Positions 29,786-41,515 are shown, counted from the stretch's first letter. The stretch is DNA of 64,000 nucleotides from an uncultured bacterium (GCA_963736115.1 CAVTNR010000019.1:36461-100460); one strand, 5' to 3'. Program-made: numbers and translations. Notes: generated by a model from the letters alone, not told the origin.

Positions 29786-30604
29786 ATGAACGCAGTTCAT
29801 GAAATCACATGCAAATCGCTCCTGAACAAGTCCGGCATTCCGGGAATCGACTATTCGGTCAATCCGTACACGGGTTGCCTGCACGCCTGCTCCTATTGCT
29901 ATGCCCGGTTCATGGCCAGGCACACGGCGCACGGGATGGAATGGGGGACTTTCTGCGATCCCAAAATCAACGCGGCCGCCGTGCTCGAAAAGGAAATCCG
30001 CAAACGGCCGCCCGGACTGGTTTCCCTGTCCACGGTCACGGATCCCTATCAGGCCGCTGAAGAAAAGTACGGCTTGACGCGTGAAATCCTCGTCCGGCTT
30101 GCGGATTCCGATTTTACGGTTTCCATACTTACGAAATCCGGACGGGTGCTCCGCGACCTCGACATCCTGAAACGATTCGGGAAGGGCCGGATCGAAGCGG
30201 GTTTCAGCATCAATACCGCGGACGAGGCTGTGCGTCAGGCTTTTGAGCCGGGCGCACCGCCGGTTTCCGATCGCCTTGAGGCGCTCTCCGTACTGCATGA
30301 TGCCGGCATTGCCACCTGGGTGTTCATCGCTCCGGTTCTACCCGGATTGACGCTCCGTTCCATCGAAGTCCTCCTGCCGGTTCTGGAGAAACATGCGGAC
30401 CGTGTGCTGATTGACGGGCTCAATGTCAAAGCCGGGAACTGGAACGGAATCGTGCTGGCCGCGGGGCGGTTGGACCCCGCGCTCGCCGCCGTATGGAAAG
30501 ACCCGCATTCCGCGGAGGCCGGAAGACGGAAAGGACTGGATGGCATCGCCGGGATGCTTTCAGACCGGTTGGGCCGGGATGTCGTATCATCGGTTGGAGA
30601 GTAA
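29786..30604 (+). CDS. Radical SAM protein (SplB / Rv2578c-like)
   Basis: NPYTGCLHACSYCYA (CxxxCxxC), STVTDPYQ..E, ILTKS and FEPGA motifs. Confidence 0.9.
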   Translation: MNAVHEITCKSLLNKSGIPGIDYSVNPYTGCLHACSYCYARFMARHTAHGMEWGTFCDPKINAAAVLEKEIRKRPPGLVSLSTVTDPYQAAEEKYGLTREILVRLADSDFTVSILTKSGRVLRDLDILKRFGKGRIEAGFSINTADEAVRQAFEPGAPPVSDRLEALSVLHDAGIATWVFIAPVLPGLTLRSIEVLLPVLEKHADRVLIDGLNVKAGNWNGIVLAAGRLDPALAAVWKDPHSAEAGRRKGLDGIAGMLSDRLGRDVVSSVGE

Positions 30605-30911
30605 GAAGGAGTCGGGTGGACCGGGATCGGTTGACGGCGTGTTGTGGGTCAGACCGCCTTTGATGATTCCTGAGCAGCAGAACGCGGGATTGCATGACGA
30701 TCTCAGAACCGAAGGTCCGGAGGCGGGATTTTGGGAATTTGCGCAAATTGGTTAAAGAATTGCAATTTTTGGCTTTCTTTTCTGGTTCCTGTGTTTTATT
30801 TTAAAACCGAATCAATCATTCCTCATTCCCGGTGACTCATTGTAACTCATTTTCTCTGCACAGGATTTCAAAGCAGAGAATAGTAATTTGTTGTTATATT
30901 TGATAGCGTTT

Positions 30912-30927
30912 AAGTAATCCATTACTT
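30912..30927. promoter_or_regulatory. Palindromic LacI-like operator upstream of the TBDR
   Basis: AAGTAAT-CC-ATTACTT, 30 nt before the ATG. Confidence 0.55.
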
Positions 30928-30956
30928 TGGCGTTTAATTTCTACAAGGAGGCAGTC

Positions 30957-33919
30957 ATGCGGGCGCAAGGATTTTTGGATCGTCTCCAATGGAGCGGTCT
31001 GTGCCTGGTTTTTGCCGCGACCATGGCATTCGCAGGCAACACGGGAAAGATCTCCGGTGTTGTTTCGGATGCCGGCGGTCGCACCGGGCTTCCCGGAGCA
31101 AACGTCATTATTGAAGGCACCGCGATCGGGGCCGTGGCCGACCTGGATGGTCGTTTCGCCATTCTGAACGTCCCGCCCGGCATCTACCGGGTCAAGGCCA
31201 GCATGATCGGTTATCGGACGATGATCGTCCAGAATGTCCGCGTCTCCGCCGATCTCACTACCGCGCTCGACGCAGCGCTTCAACCCACCACTCTCGAGTC
31301 AGGCGAGACTGTGACCATCACGGCCGAGAGGCCGCTGATCCAGATGGACAAGACCTCGTCGCTCGTCTCCGTGAGCAGCGAAGAGATCAGGAACCTCCCG
31401 GTTCAGAGCATGAACGATGTTCTGGAACTGCAGGCCGGAGTCGTGCGGAGCGGAAACGATTTCCATATCCGCGGCGGCCGGGCAGGGAGGTGTCCTACTG
31501 GGTGGACGGCGTCGCCACCAACGAAGTGTACGGCGGCGGAAACGCCGTCACGGTCGAGCGGTCGGCGGTTCAGGAGATGCAGGTGGTCAGCGGCACGTTC
31601 AATGCCGAATACGGCAACGCCATGTCGGGCATCGTCAACCTGATCACCAAGGAGGGCGGTCCGAAATGGGAGGGACAGCTGAACGTCTATACCGGCGATT
31701 ATCTGAGCGACGACAAGGTGTATTCCGTGCTGAAGGGGGTCGGGACGCGATGGGACGCGGCGGAACAGAAAACGACGGCTGTGGAGCGTCTCGAAAATCC
31801 GCTTCGGAATTTCAACCCGACGATGAACGCCGAACTCAACCTGAGCGGACCGGTTCCCCTCACCAACCGGAAACTCTCACTGCTCGTGAACGGACGCTTT
31901 TTTTCGCAGGAGGGATACCTCTACGGACGGCGATGGTACTACCCCCAGGGGATCCGCGGCGACAGCGCGCTGGTCCCGCTGAGTCCGTACGAATCCTCCT
32001 CCGGCATGGGAAAGCTGAGCTACCGGTTGAGTTCCGGAATCAAGGCCAGTTACAGTTTGTTTCTCAACCGAAGCCGTTCGGAACACTACTACAATCACGC
32101 CTTCAAATACAATCCGGACGGGACCGCCGGCGGGAGGGGCTGGGGGAACACCCACCTGTTTTCCTGGAACCATGTGCTGTCATCCAAAACCTTCTACGAG
32201 GCCCGTGTTTCCCGCGTGCAGAGCAGTTATCGCAACTACCTCTACGAAAACGCGACCCTGTCGCCGACGTACCGCATCTATGTGATCGGCAATGAAACCC
32301 AGCCGGCGCAGATTCTGCCCTATGATCTCAATTCGGCCGCCGCGGACTCGGCGCTCGAGGCCCTGGCAATTGAGGGAAGGTCGTTCACCTACGTTCCTGA
32401 TGCCGGGACCCGCGACGGGTATGTACACCCCGATTCGCTGAGGGATCCCGCGTCCTACAGCTTCTGGCGCGCGGGCACTCAGGGAGGCCGGTCGAATCGG
32501 ACCACGTCTTACTGGATCGCCAAAATCGATCTGACCAGTCAGCTCAATCCCATCCATCAGTTCAAAGCCGGTTTGGAAGCGCGGCTGCACGAGCTGAAAT
32601 ATGACAATTACACGCTGCAGCCGGCCCGGAAGGAGGGCAAGGACGAACCCATCGTGCCCTATCAGCCCTGGGTGCCGCCGTCATCCAACATCTATCACGA
32701 TCTTTACACCCGCCGGCCGCGCGAGTTCTCGGCCTACATCCAGGACAAGATCGAGCTGAAGGACATGATCGTGAACATCGGACTGCGGTTCGACTACTTC
32801 GACGCCAACGCCTCGATGCCGGTCGATCCGCGGGATCCCAGCATCTATTCGCCGTTTCAGGATCAGTTCCTGTACGTCAATCCCGCCGCTGATTCACTCG
32901 TGGAATATACCCCCGACCAGCGACGGGCCTTCATGCAGGAAAAGGTGGGCGGTAAAACCCATTTGTCTCCCAGGCTCGGGGTCGCCTACCCGATCACGGA
33001 CCGCGGCGTGGTCCATTTTTCCTACGGGCACTTCTTCCAGATCCCCGAATTCCAATACCTGTACGCGAATCCCGACTTCAAGCTGATCGTCGGCGGCGGG
33101 CGGAACATACTCGGCAACGCCGCGCTGAATCCCCAGAGGACCGTGGAGTATGAAATCGGATTTCAGCAGCAGCTGTCCGACCAGGTCGCCGTCGACATGA
33201 CTCTTTTCTACAAGGACATCCGGGACTGGGTGGGCACGGGTCCCGTGATTGAGACGCTGAAACCCAGCGTATCCTACGCGTTGTACGAGAACAAGGATTA
33301 TGCGAACGTGTACGGTCTGACGCTGAACCTGGACAGGCGGTTCCAGGGCCATTTCGGGGCCGGACTCGCGTACGCCTTCCAGATCGCGGAGGGGACCTAT
33401 TCCAATCCCACCGACGCCTTCAACGCCCTTCAGAACCTGCAGGAACCCCGGCTGGCGATGATCCCCCTGAACTGGGACCAGCGTCACACGCTCACCGGCA
33501 TGGGGACGACCGGATTCGCGGGCTGGATCGCCACCCTCCAGTACAAACTGAGGTCGGGGCGTCCCTACACGCCGTCGTACGCGAGCGGATCGTTGGTCGG
33601 AGAGTCCACTTACAGCGGGCTCCGGGACAACAGCGGCCGCCTTCCGAACACCAGTCAGTTTGACCTGATGCTCCACAAGCGGTTCAGCGTCGGAACCGCG
33701 AACGTCGGATTCCTGGTCACCGTGTACAATCTATTCGACCAGAAGGGCGAAACCTACGTCTACACCGAGACCGGTTCGGCCCGTTACAGCGCCAATATCG
33801 ATCCGCAGACCATTCCGTACGACGCAGCGCGGGTGGGAACGGTGGAGGATTACCTGCGCCAGCCGACCTGGTTCATCCCGCCGAGGCATATCCAGGCCGG
33901 TTTCACGGTTGAATTCTAA
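30957..33919 (+). CDS. TonB-dependent receptor with N-terminal CarboxypepD_reg-like domain; one frameshift at ~31486
   Basis: GKISG.V.D..LPGANV, plug IRGGR|AGEVSYWVDG (restored by adding one G to GCAGGGAG), SGTFNAEYGNAMSG, SPRLG.AYPI and a C-terminal VEF. Confidence 0.9.
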
Positions 33920-33943
33920 TCGTCCGCGGAGAAGGAGTACGAC

Positions 33944-36900
33944 ATGAAAAAGACCACAATCGGCTGGATCGCGGCCCTCTTCCTGGGTGTCGCCGTCCGG
34001 GCCGTCGCTCAGGACTCAATGGCCCGGCTGCATGGTGATGAAGACAACAGCGTCAGCGGCCTGCACTCGGGCAACCAGATCAAGGCCAGCTTTTACAATG
34101 ACGGACTGCTCGGCAAGCGGTACGTGGCCGTCACCGACATCGGCGGCGAATGGCCGATCAATTCAGGCCATGTCTACATCAACCAGCAGGTCATGTTTGT
34201 CGGGGCCGAGGTCAAGAACGACGAAGGCAGCACCATCCATATCGTTTCCGAGGGGAACGGATGCTCGGCAGGCAACTCCAACAACGCCGACTCGGGGGAT
34301 TCGGGCCCCAACGGCGAATGGTATTCCATGACGCCGCTTCCGGGATTCCACAATCCCCAGCCGCCGGCGGAAAAGAGCGCCAAACCCCGCATCGCCATGA
34401 GCCATTGGGAATGGTCCTGGCCGTCCAGCTGGCCCGACAAGACCGAGGACGTCACGGACCCGGGATGGCCGGGTTCCTGGAACGGGTATTTCGGCAAGGG
34501 CGTGATGAACGCGGACCAGGAAAGCATGTATTACATGGATGACTACAACAACCGGGAATTTTCATACTATCCCGATTCCACGGACACCCAGCGGCGCGGT
34601 CTGGGGCTCCGCGGGCAGGTGCGCGGTTTTCAGTGGTCCAACGTCCTGGTGGAGGACATTCTGTTCCTCCTGTACGACGTGAAGAACATCGGCACCCGGG
34701 ACCTGACCAAGATGAATTTCGGCATCATGTCGGGGCCGATCATGGGCAACACGGCGACCGGGGGCGGAAGCGAGGGCTCGGACGACGGCGGCGCTTACGA
34801 CCTCGAGATGGAGATCGGCTACCACCTCGACCAGGACAACCTCGGGTACGGCGGATGGAACGTGGGATTCCTGGGGCAGGCCTTCTTTGAGAGTCCGGGC
34901 AACCCCTATGACGGCATCGACAATGACGGGGACGGGATGAACGGCCCCGGTCCGGTCATCACCCAGAGTCTGTTCGACCCCCGTCCGGTTCAAGCCGGCG
35001 ACAACGTGATCGTGATCGACTATGTGACGTTTGCCCGAATCCATCGCGCAGATGCCCGCCGCGGGTGCTGGACATTCCGTTCCAGGGCCGCATCGCTTCA
35101 CATCGACGCGGGACAGGATCTTGTCGAGATCGCCGAACAACCTGTTCGACGACAACCTGAACGGCATCATCGACGAAAACAACGGCTCCACATTCGGCGA
35201 GGGCGACGCACGCCGTTGTCGCGGTTCCTGTACGAGGGCCTGAAATACATCGACTACTTCACGGGCGCCGGAAGCACAACAGCCTCGTTGACGAGCGGCG
35301 TGACGACGGCATCGACAACGACGGCGACTGGGACATCCTCACCGATGACGTGGGCATGGACGGCGTCGCGCGGTCCGGTGATGCCGGCGAAAAGGACGGT
35401 GTGCCCACGTCCGGAAGGGGCACGCTCTTCCGGGCGAACCGCATATCGACGTCACCGACATCAACGAGTCCGACCAGATCGGCCTCGACAGCCTTCAATA
35501 TCTACACGCCCTGGACGCTCTATCCGCTGTCGGATGACGAGAAACTCTGGACCGCCATCGCGCCCGGCTACCTGAACGCGATCGGGCAGATCGGCGACAC
35601 CGACATCCTCGTCGGTTCCGGGTATTTTCCGCTCAAGGTCGAACAGACCGAGCGGTTCTCCGTCGGCGTGATATTTTCCAGCAGTCTGGAAGATCTGTAC
35701 CGGAACAAGCGTTACGCGCAGAAGACCTATGTGGAGAACTACAATTTCTCCAAGGCTCCGATCATCCCGACCTGACCGCCGTGGCCGGCGACGAGCGGGT
35801 GACGCTGTACTGGGACGACGTGGCGGAAGGGTCCATCGATCCCATCACCGGAAAGGATTTCCAGGGTTACCGGATCTACCGGTCCACGGATCCCGGATTC
35901 AACGATATGACGTCGATCACCGACGGATTCGGATCCGCATCGTACCGGAAACCGGTCGCCCAGTTCGATCTCGAGGACGGGATCACTGGGATTCTCGGGA
36001 ATACATGTCCGCGGGGTTCATTTCTGGCTGGGCGAGGACACCGGTCTCCAGCATGTCTGGACGGATGAATCGGTCCGGAACGGTCAGAAATACTATTATG
36101 CCGTGACATCCTACGACAGTGGATCCGATTCCCTGGGCATCGCGCCGACGGAATGCTCGAAATATATCTCCATTTCACAGGACGGCGCGATTGACAAAGG
36201 GAAGAACGTGGCCATCGTGCGGCCCGAGGCGCCCTCCGCCGGATATCGGGCCAGCGGACCGGACCTCGTGCGGCTGCTGCCCGGCGGGGCGACGAGCGGA
36301 ACCGTCGAAATGCAGGTGATCGATCCCGCGCTGGTCAAGGGCGGCCATCTCTATCGCATTACCTTCGAGGAAAGCCTCAAAGTGGTCAAGAGCTTCGCGG
36401 ACACGCTGTATACGAAACGGCTGACGTTCACGGACGTCACGGCCGGGTCCGTTCTATACGGTCCCGAGGACTGGACGGGACTGGACCTGACGCTTCCCGT
36501 GGTCGACGGTTTCGAACTCACGCTTCGAAACGAGGCTTCGCTGGCGTTCGATTCGGCTTCGAGCGGCTGGAGCCGGCAGGGGCTCTACGCCTTCACCGTG
36601 ACGCCCTACGCCTATCGGGAGGAGAAGGAAGGGCCGCTGGCCCGCGACTTCGATGTGGTGTTCGGCGGGTTTGCCGGTTTCGATTCCTCCCGTACGTTTT
36701 TCAGGAGGGGGAGGGACCTGGCGGGAAAACCGGTCAATTTCACGGTCCTGGACGCGGAGACGCATGAGCGCATGCCGTTCGGCTTCTACGAGGCGGACGG
36801 GAACGACGGCGTTTTCAGCGGATACACCGTGAAAACCACGACGGACGAGATCACGGTTCTGAACAGGGGCTCGGACGGCGCCCTCCTGCCAAGCTGGGTC

Positions 36901-37373
36901 ATCAAGCTCGCAACCAGCGCGGACGATTCGGTCCGCTCGAATCCGGCGGAAGGGATACCCTGGCCGTGCGCCTCAGCAAGCCTTTCCTGGCGGCGGATAT
37001 TTTCGAATTCACCATGAAGAGCGAATCGATTGACGCGGAGGCGGTGAAGGATGCGATGGGCCGCATCCAGGTGGTGCCGAATCCGTACATCGTGGCCAAC
37101 TCCTGGGAAGCCCAGAATCCCTACGCGAACGGACGCGGGCCGAGGGAAATACACTTCACTCACCTTCCGGCGGTTTGCACGATCAAGATCTTCAATCTGC
37201 GCGGCCAGATGATCCGAACCCTCGAGCACGACTCGCCGGCCATCGCGGACGGCACCGAGATCTGGGACATGCAGACGAAGGACAACCTCGACGTCGCCTA
37301 CGGTGTGTACATCTATCACATCAACGCCGGGAAGACCGGGCAGAAGATCGGGAAGTTCGCGATCGTCAAATAA
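33944..37373 (+). CDS. Large secreted protein (~1140 aa) with DGIDNDGD acidic repeats and a T9SS-like C-terminal sorting domain; multiple frameshifts
   Basis: Signal peptide, two DGIDNDGD motifs, FnIII-like VTLYWD..FQGYRIYRS, and C-terminal VVPNPY..IKIFNLRG..GVYIY..KFAIVK. Coding sense hops between frames at 35040-35490, ~35772, ~36000 and ~36958. Confidence 0.75.
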
Positions 37374-37377
37374 AAAA

Positions 37378-37491
37378 AGTTCATAGTTCATGGTTCATAG
37401 TTCATAGTTGGAAGAGAATTAAGAACAGTTATTAAATGAAGCGACAAAACACCTTTTTTGACTATGAACTATGAACTATCAACCATGAACT
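37378..37491. repeat. Inverted heptamer arrays (AGTTCAT)4 ... (ATGAACT)4
   Basis: 37378-37405 and 37464-37491; same unit as 4326-4461. Confidence 0.88.
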
Positions 37492-37512
37492 GCCAATAAA
37501 AGGAGACCCGAA

Positions 37513-38528
37513 ATGAAGAAACTTTTACTGATAGGGATGGCCGTGCTCCTGTCCTTCCCGGCATACGGCCGGGAGGTGACGAAGGCGGGGACGACGTCGG
37601 CGGCGTTTCTGAACATCGACCAGGGCGCTCGTGGGGTCGGGATGGGGAGCGCGTTCGTGTCGGTGGTGGACGACATCAGCGGGGTGTACTGGAATCCGGC
37701 TGGGATCGCCCGGATGAAGGGCGGCCAGGCGTCGTTCAGCAACACGCAGTGGATCGCGGACATCGCGTACAACCACGCGGCGGTAGCGGTTCCGGTGGGT
37801 GGCGTGGGGGTTCTGGGCGTGAGCGCTCAGTTCCTGACGATGGGGGACATGGACCGGACGACGACGATGGAGCCGGAGGGGACCGGGGAGACGTTTTCGG
37901 CCGGGAGCTACGCGTTCGCGCTGAGCTACGCCCGGAATCTGACGGACCGGTTTTCGATCGGGTTCAACGCGAAGTACGTTCAGGAGAAGATCTTTCACAT
38001 GAACGCGCGGGGCATGGCGTTCGACGTGGGGACGCTGTTCGACACCCAGCTGGAGGGACTTCGTCTGGGGATGAGCATATCGAATTACGGAACGAAGATG
38101 CAGATGGGCGGCCAGGACGCGCTGGTTCAGAAGGACATCGACGCGACGGTGTCTGGGAACAACCCGAACATCAACGCGAATCTTCAGACGGACAAGTGGG
38201 ACATGCCGCTTTTGTTCCGTGTGGGGATGAGCGTGGACGTTCTGAAGGGTCTGTACGACAGCAATCTGACGCTGGCGGTGGACGCGCTTCATCCGAACGA
38301 CGACGTGGAGAGCGTGAACGTGGGCGCGGAGTACGTGTTTCACCGGATGGTGGCTCTGCGGGCGGGATACAAGTCGATGTTCGCGAAGGACAGCGAGGAG
38401 GGTCTGACGTTCGGCGGGGGCCTGCAGTACCGGATGTTCGGAACATCGTCCCTGATGCTGGACTACGCGTGGGCGGATTTCGGGGTGCTGAAGGAGATCC
38501 AGAAGTTCTCGATCGGGATGACTTCTGA
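37513..38528 (+). CDS. PorV/PorQ (UPF0164)-like outer-membrane barrel; end probably affected by a 1-nt deletion
   Basis: GTTSAAFLNI..GARGVGMG.A, YWNPAG, FSIGFNAKY, FDVG, LRAGY and DYAW.DFG. ATG ACT TCT GA would read M-T-F-stop with one extra T. Confidence 0.88.
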
Positions 38529-38530
38529 AA

Positions 38531-38560
38531 AGTTCATAGTTGATAGTTCATGGTTCATAG
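38531..38560. repeat. Heptamer array (AGTTCAT)4 directly after the PorV-like gene
   Basis: AGTTCAT AGTTGAT AGTTCAT GGTTCAT. Confidence 0.85.
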
Positions 38561-38655
38561 AAAAATGAGTGTTTCGGGATAAGGGCTGGGTGTCATCCCC
38601 GAGCTGTTCTATCGGGGATCCAGGGTGGGGTGGACAATCCCGTGATGGGTTATCA

Positions 38656-38695
38656 AAAAGACCTGAAAGGTTCGGAAGACCTTTCAGGTCTTTTT
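38656..38695. terminator. Bidirectional hairpin terminator / ACCTGAAAGG repeat
   Basis: AAAAGACCTGAAAGGT-loop-ACCTTTCAGGTCTTTTT; a similar hairpin lies at 43668-43702. Confidence 0.75.
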
Positions 38696-39052
38696 CGAAG
38701 CGCCGATAGGACGATGAGAGAAAATGATTGATGGAAATGAGGGACGGATTCGTGGTATTTACATTAATAAAAATTAAGTACCTTCATAGTGATTCGCAAA
38801 ATTTATTCATGATTGTAGCAATTGTTTAAGCAAAAAAATATCATGCGTTTAGGGCGTTTTATGTGATTTCATCTCAATCCGGCATCAGGGTCTCAGGAAA
38901 ATCTATACTCAGGAACCCTGGACGATAAAAGCAGTAAAATTAGATAGAATATCGCTTAAAAAGTTGTTACATTGGTTTGCTTCCGGTAACAATTCCGAAA
39001 AGAACAGTCTATATTCAACCTGATCAATCATTTAACAGCAACGGGAAAAACC

Positions 39053-40531
39053 ATGCGATTCAATCGTTCAGCGGTTCTTTTCACGATCCCGGCCGTCCTC
39101 CTTCTGATCGCCGCGGGATGCTCCAGGAAGTCCAATGAAGATCCGGTTCTGGCCCGCATCGGCGACAGAACCATCACCAAAAAACAGTACCAGTACCGGA
39201 CCGAGCTGACGATCCGTCCCCGGTATCCCGGCCTAAAAAGCGACTGCACGAAAGTCGAACTTCTCGACAATCTGATGATGGAAAAACTGTTCGCCATCGA
39301 GGCGGGAGATGATTACTCCCTTCTGAAACGCCGGTCCTTCCGCGATCACATCCGCGGCATCCGGGAACAGAGCATGCGGGAGGAACTGTACGGGGAAGTC
39401 GCAACGAAAAAAGTGAACGTGGACACGTCGGATCTGAAACAGCGGTATCGTCTGGCAGCCCGCGAATACGAGGTCCAGTTCTATACGATACGGAACAAAG
39501 AGACAGCCAGAAAAATTCAGGAACAGATACTGCTGAATCCGCAAAAGGCCGGTCCCATCTTCGACGGGCTGGGGCCGGAGGGATCGTCCATCCCGAAACA
39601 CGCGGTGAAGTGGAAAGATCCTGAAAACGATCTGGTGCACGAGGCCCTGTTCCGCAGGCCCGTGCCCGTGGACACGGTCATCGGCCCCATCCGCATCGGC
39701 CCGAACGAGCACCTGATCATGAAGGTGGCCGGGTGGACGGATTTCCCGGTCATCGGCGGGGAAGAGGTCCAGATGCGGTGGAACGAGGTGAAGGAGAAAA
39801 CCGTCCAGCGCAAGGCGCGCGCCGAATGGGAGCGGTACATGGGGCGCCTGCTGGGCGGAAAGGCCATCAAGTTCAACCCCCCCGTTTTCCGCCGGATGGC
39901 CGACATGGCCTGGATGATGTACGGCGCCGCGTCCGATTCGCAGATTCAGGAGATCAACAAGAATTTCTTCAACGCCCTGAAGGATTCCGCTACGGTCGAT
40001 CCGTACGGGAACGAAGAAGCTTTCCTCAAAGCGTCGTTTTTTGAGGTGGAAGGCAGGACCTGGACTGTCGATCAGTTCAAGCGCGAGCTCGCCGCGCATC
40101 CCCTGGTGTACCGGAGAAAGAACATCCCGAAAGAGGCTTTCCGCGCGGAATTCAAGAACGCGGTGACCGATTTCATGCGGGACCAGTTCCTGAACCGGGA
40201 GGCCTACAAACGGGGTCTCGACAAGCGGGATTTCGTGCGCTCGAACGCCGCCGAATGGCAGGATGCGCTGGTCGCGGTTCATTTCAGGAACGAGACGCTG
40301 AACCGGCTGGCGGAGAAGCACGGCCTGGAGGGACAACCGACGCTCCTGAAGCCGGTATATGAGGCTTACGTGGACAGCCTGTGGACGGCCAACCGGAGCC
40401 GGATTTCCTGGGATGCGGAAATACTGAAGACGATTCGGCTGTCCAGCATCGACTTCTACGCGTACAAGCCGGGCGTGCCGTTCCCGGCCGCGACGCCCCC
40501 GTTTCCGACTCTCATCACGAAATCGCACTGA
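39053..40531 (+). CDS. Lipoprotein, SurA/PrsA-like foldase candidate
   Basis: Lipobox AAGC, VLARIGDRTIT.., L.NL..EKL.A.EA and a second helical repeat. No clear PPIase motif. Confidence 0.6.
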   Translation: MRFNRSAVLFTIPAVLLLIAAGCSRKSNEDPVLARIGDRTITKKQYQYRTELTIRPRYPGLKSDCTKVELLDNLMMEKLFAIEAGDDYSLLKRRSFRDHIRGIREQSMREELYGEVATKKVNVDTSDLKQRYRLAAREYEVQFYTIRNKETARKIQEQILLNPQKAGPIFDGLGPEGSSIPKHAVKWKDPENDLVHEALFRRPVPVDTVIGPIRIGPNEHLIMKVAGWTDFPVIGGEEVQMRWNEVKEKTVQRKARAEWERYMGRLLGGKAIKFNPPVFRRMADMAWMMYGAASDSQIQEINKNFFNALKDSATVDPYGNEEAFLKASFFEVEGRTWTVDQFKRELAAHPLVYRRKNIPKEAFRAEFKNAVTDFMRDQFLNREAYKRGLDKRDFVRSNAAEWQDALVAVHFRNETLNRLAEKHGLEGQPTLLKPVYEAYVDSLWTANRSRISWDAEILKTIRLSSIDFYAYKPGVPFPAATPPFPTLITKSH

Positions 40532-40532
40532 C

Positions 40533-41171
40533 ATGGCGGCTGCCGCGCGGCGGGCCTGGATCGCGGGCGTGACCGGGGGCATCGGGAGCGGGAAGACCGT
40601 TTTCAGCCGCCGGCTCGCGGGCCGCTCCGGTCGTGTCGTGGATGCGGACCGGATTGCGGCGCGGCTGACGGATTCGGACCGGGCCGTCAGGGAAAAACTG
40701 GCGGACGCTTTCGGGGAGCGGATTTTCAAGGCCTCCGGACGTCTGGACCGCGGCCTTGTCGCCTCGATCGTCTTCGACAGTCCCGCCGCGCTCCGCGCAT
40801 TGAACCGTATCGTCTGGCCGGTCCTGGTGCGGGCGATACGCGCCGAAATCCGCCGCCTGCATCAGGAAGCACCCGGCATTCCTCTGGTTCTGGACATGGC
40901 CGTTCTTTTCGAAACCGGCTGTGATCGTCTCTGCGATACGGTGGTGACCGTGCGCGCGCCGATCAAGGCGCGCATCCGACGACTGCGGGAGTCGCGCGGA
41001 TGGGACGAAGCCCACATCCGGCTGAGGATGGCCGCGCAGATGAGTGACGAGGACCGCGTGGAACGCTCGGATTTCATCGTGAACAATGATGGAACCCCGT
41101 CCGAACTCGCCGGGAAGGCGCGTCATTTCAGACAGCGCCTGAACGCGGCCTTTCCCGGAGAACCGGCGTAA
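40533..41171 (+). CDS. coaE: Dephospho-CoA kinase
   Basis: GVTGGIGSGKT, VDADRIA, LDRG, LFE, RMAAQ and D.IVNNDG motifs. Confidence 0.93.
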   Translation: MAAAARRAWIAGVTGGIGSGKTVFSRRLAGRSGRVVDADRIAARLTDSDRAVREKLADAFGERIFKASGRLDRGLVASIVFDSPAALRALNRIVWPVLVRAIRAEIRRLHQEAPGIPLVLDMAVLFETGCDRLCDTVVTVRAPIKARIRRLRESRGWDEAHIRLRMAAQMSDEDRVERSDFIVNNDGTPSELAGKARHFRQRLNAAFPGEPA

Positions 41172-41515
41172 AACCCGACCCGGCCGAATCAGGACGGAAG
41201 AGTGTAGCGCATTTCCGAAATGCGCTTGATTTTCTGATAAATTCTTTTTACTATACGATGTTACCCCGTTCGTTCTCCGGCATGATTCAGCGGTTCCGGC
41301 CTCCCGGCCTGGACCGCCTATCGACAGGCGGATCGTATCACTCGAATCTGGTTCCAAACGCACACTCCAATTGAGGCCTTACGGCCCTTCGCCCGGTTTC
41401 TGATCCGTATCCGGGGAGCGGCCCATCCGGCAATTTCATTTGCGGATCAGAAATCGGCCGTCGGCGGAAGGCTTCGGCCGCCGCTCTCTTTACGGCCGGG
41501 GATCGGAGGTCCGTT

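Noticed and set aside
35770-35780. In-frame TGA as selenocysteine or readthrough
   Set aside because: Sense continues in another frame (PT-LTAVAGDERV) after adding one C, so this is an indel rather than recoding.
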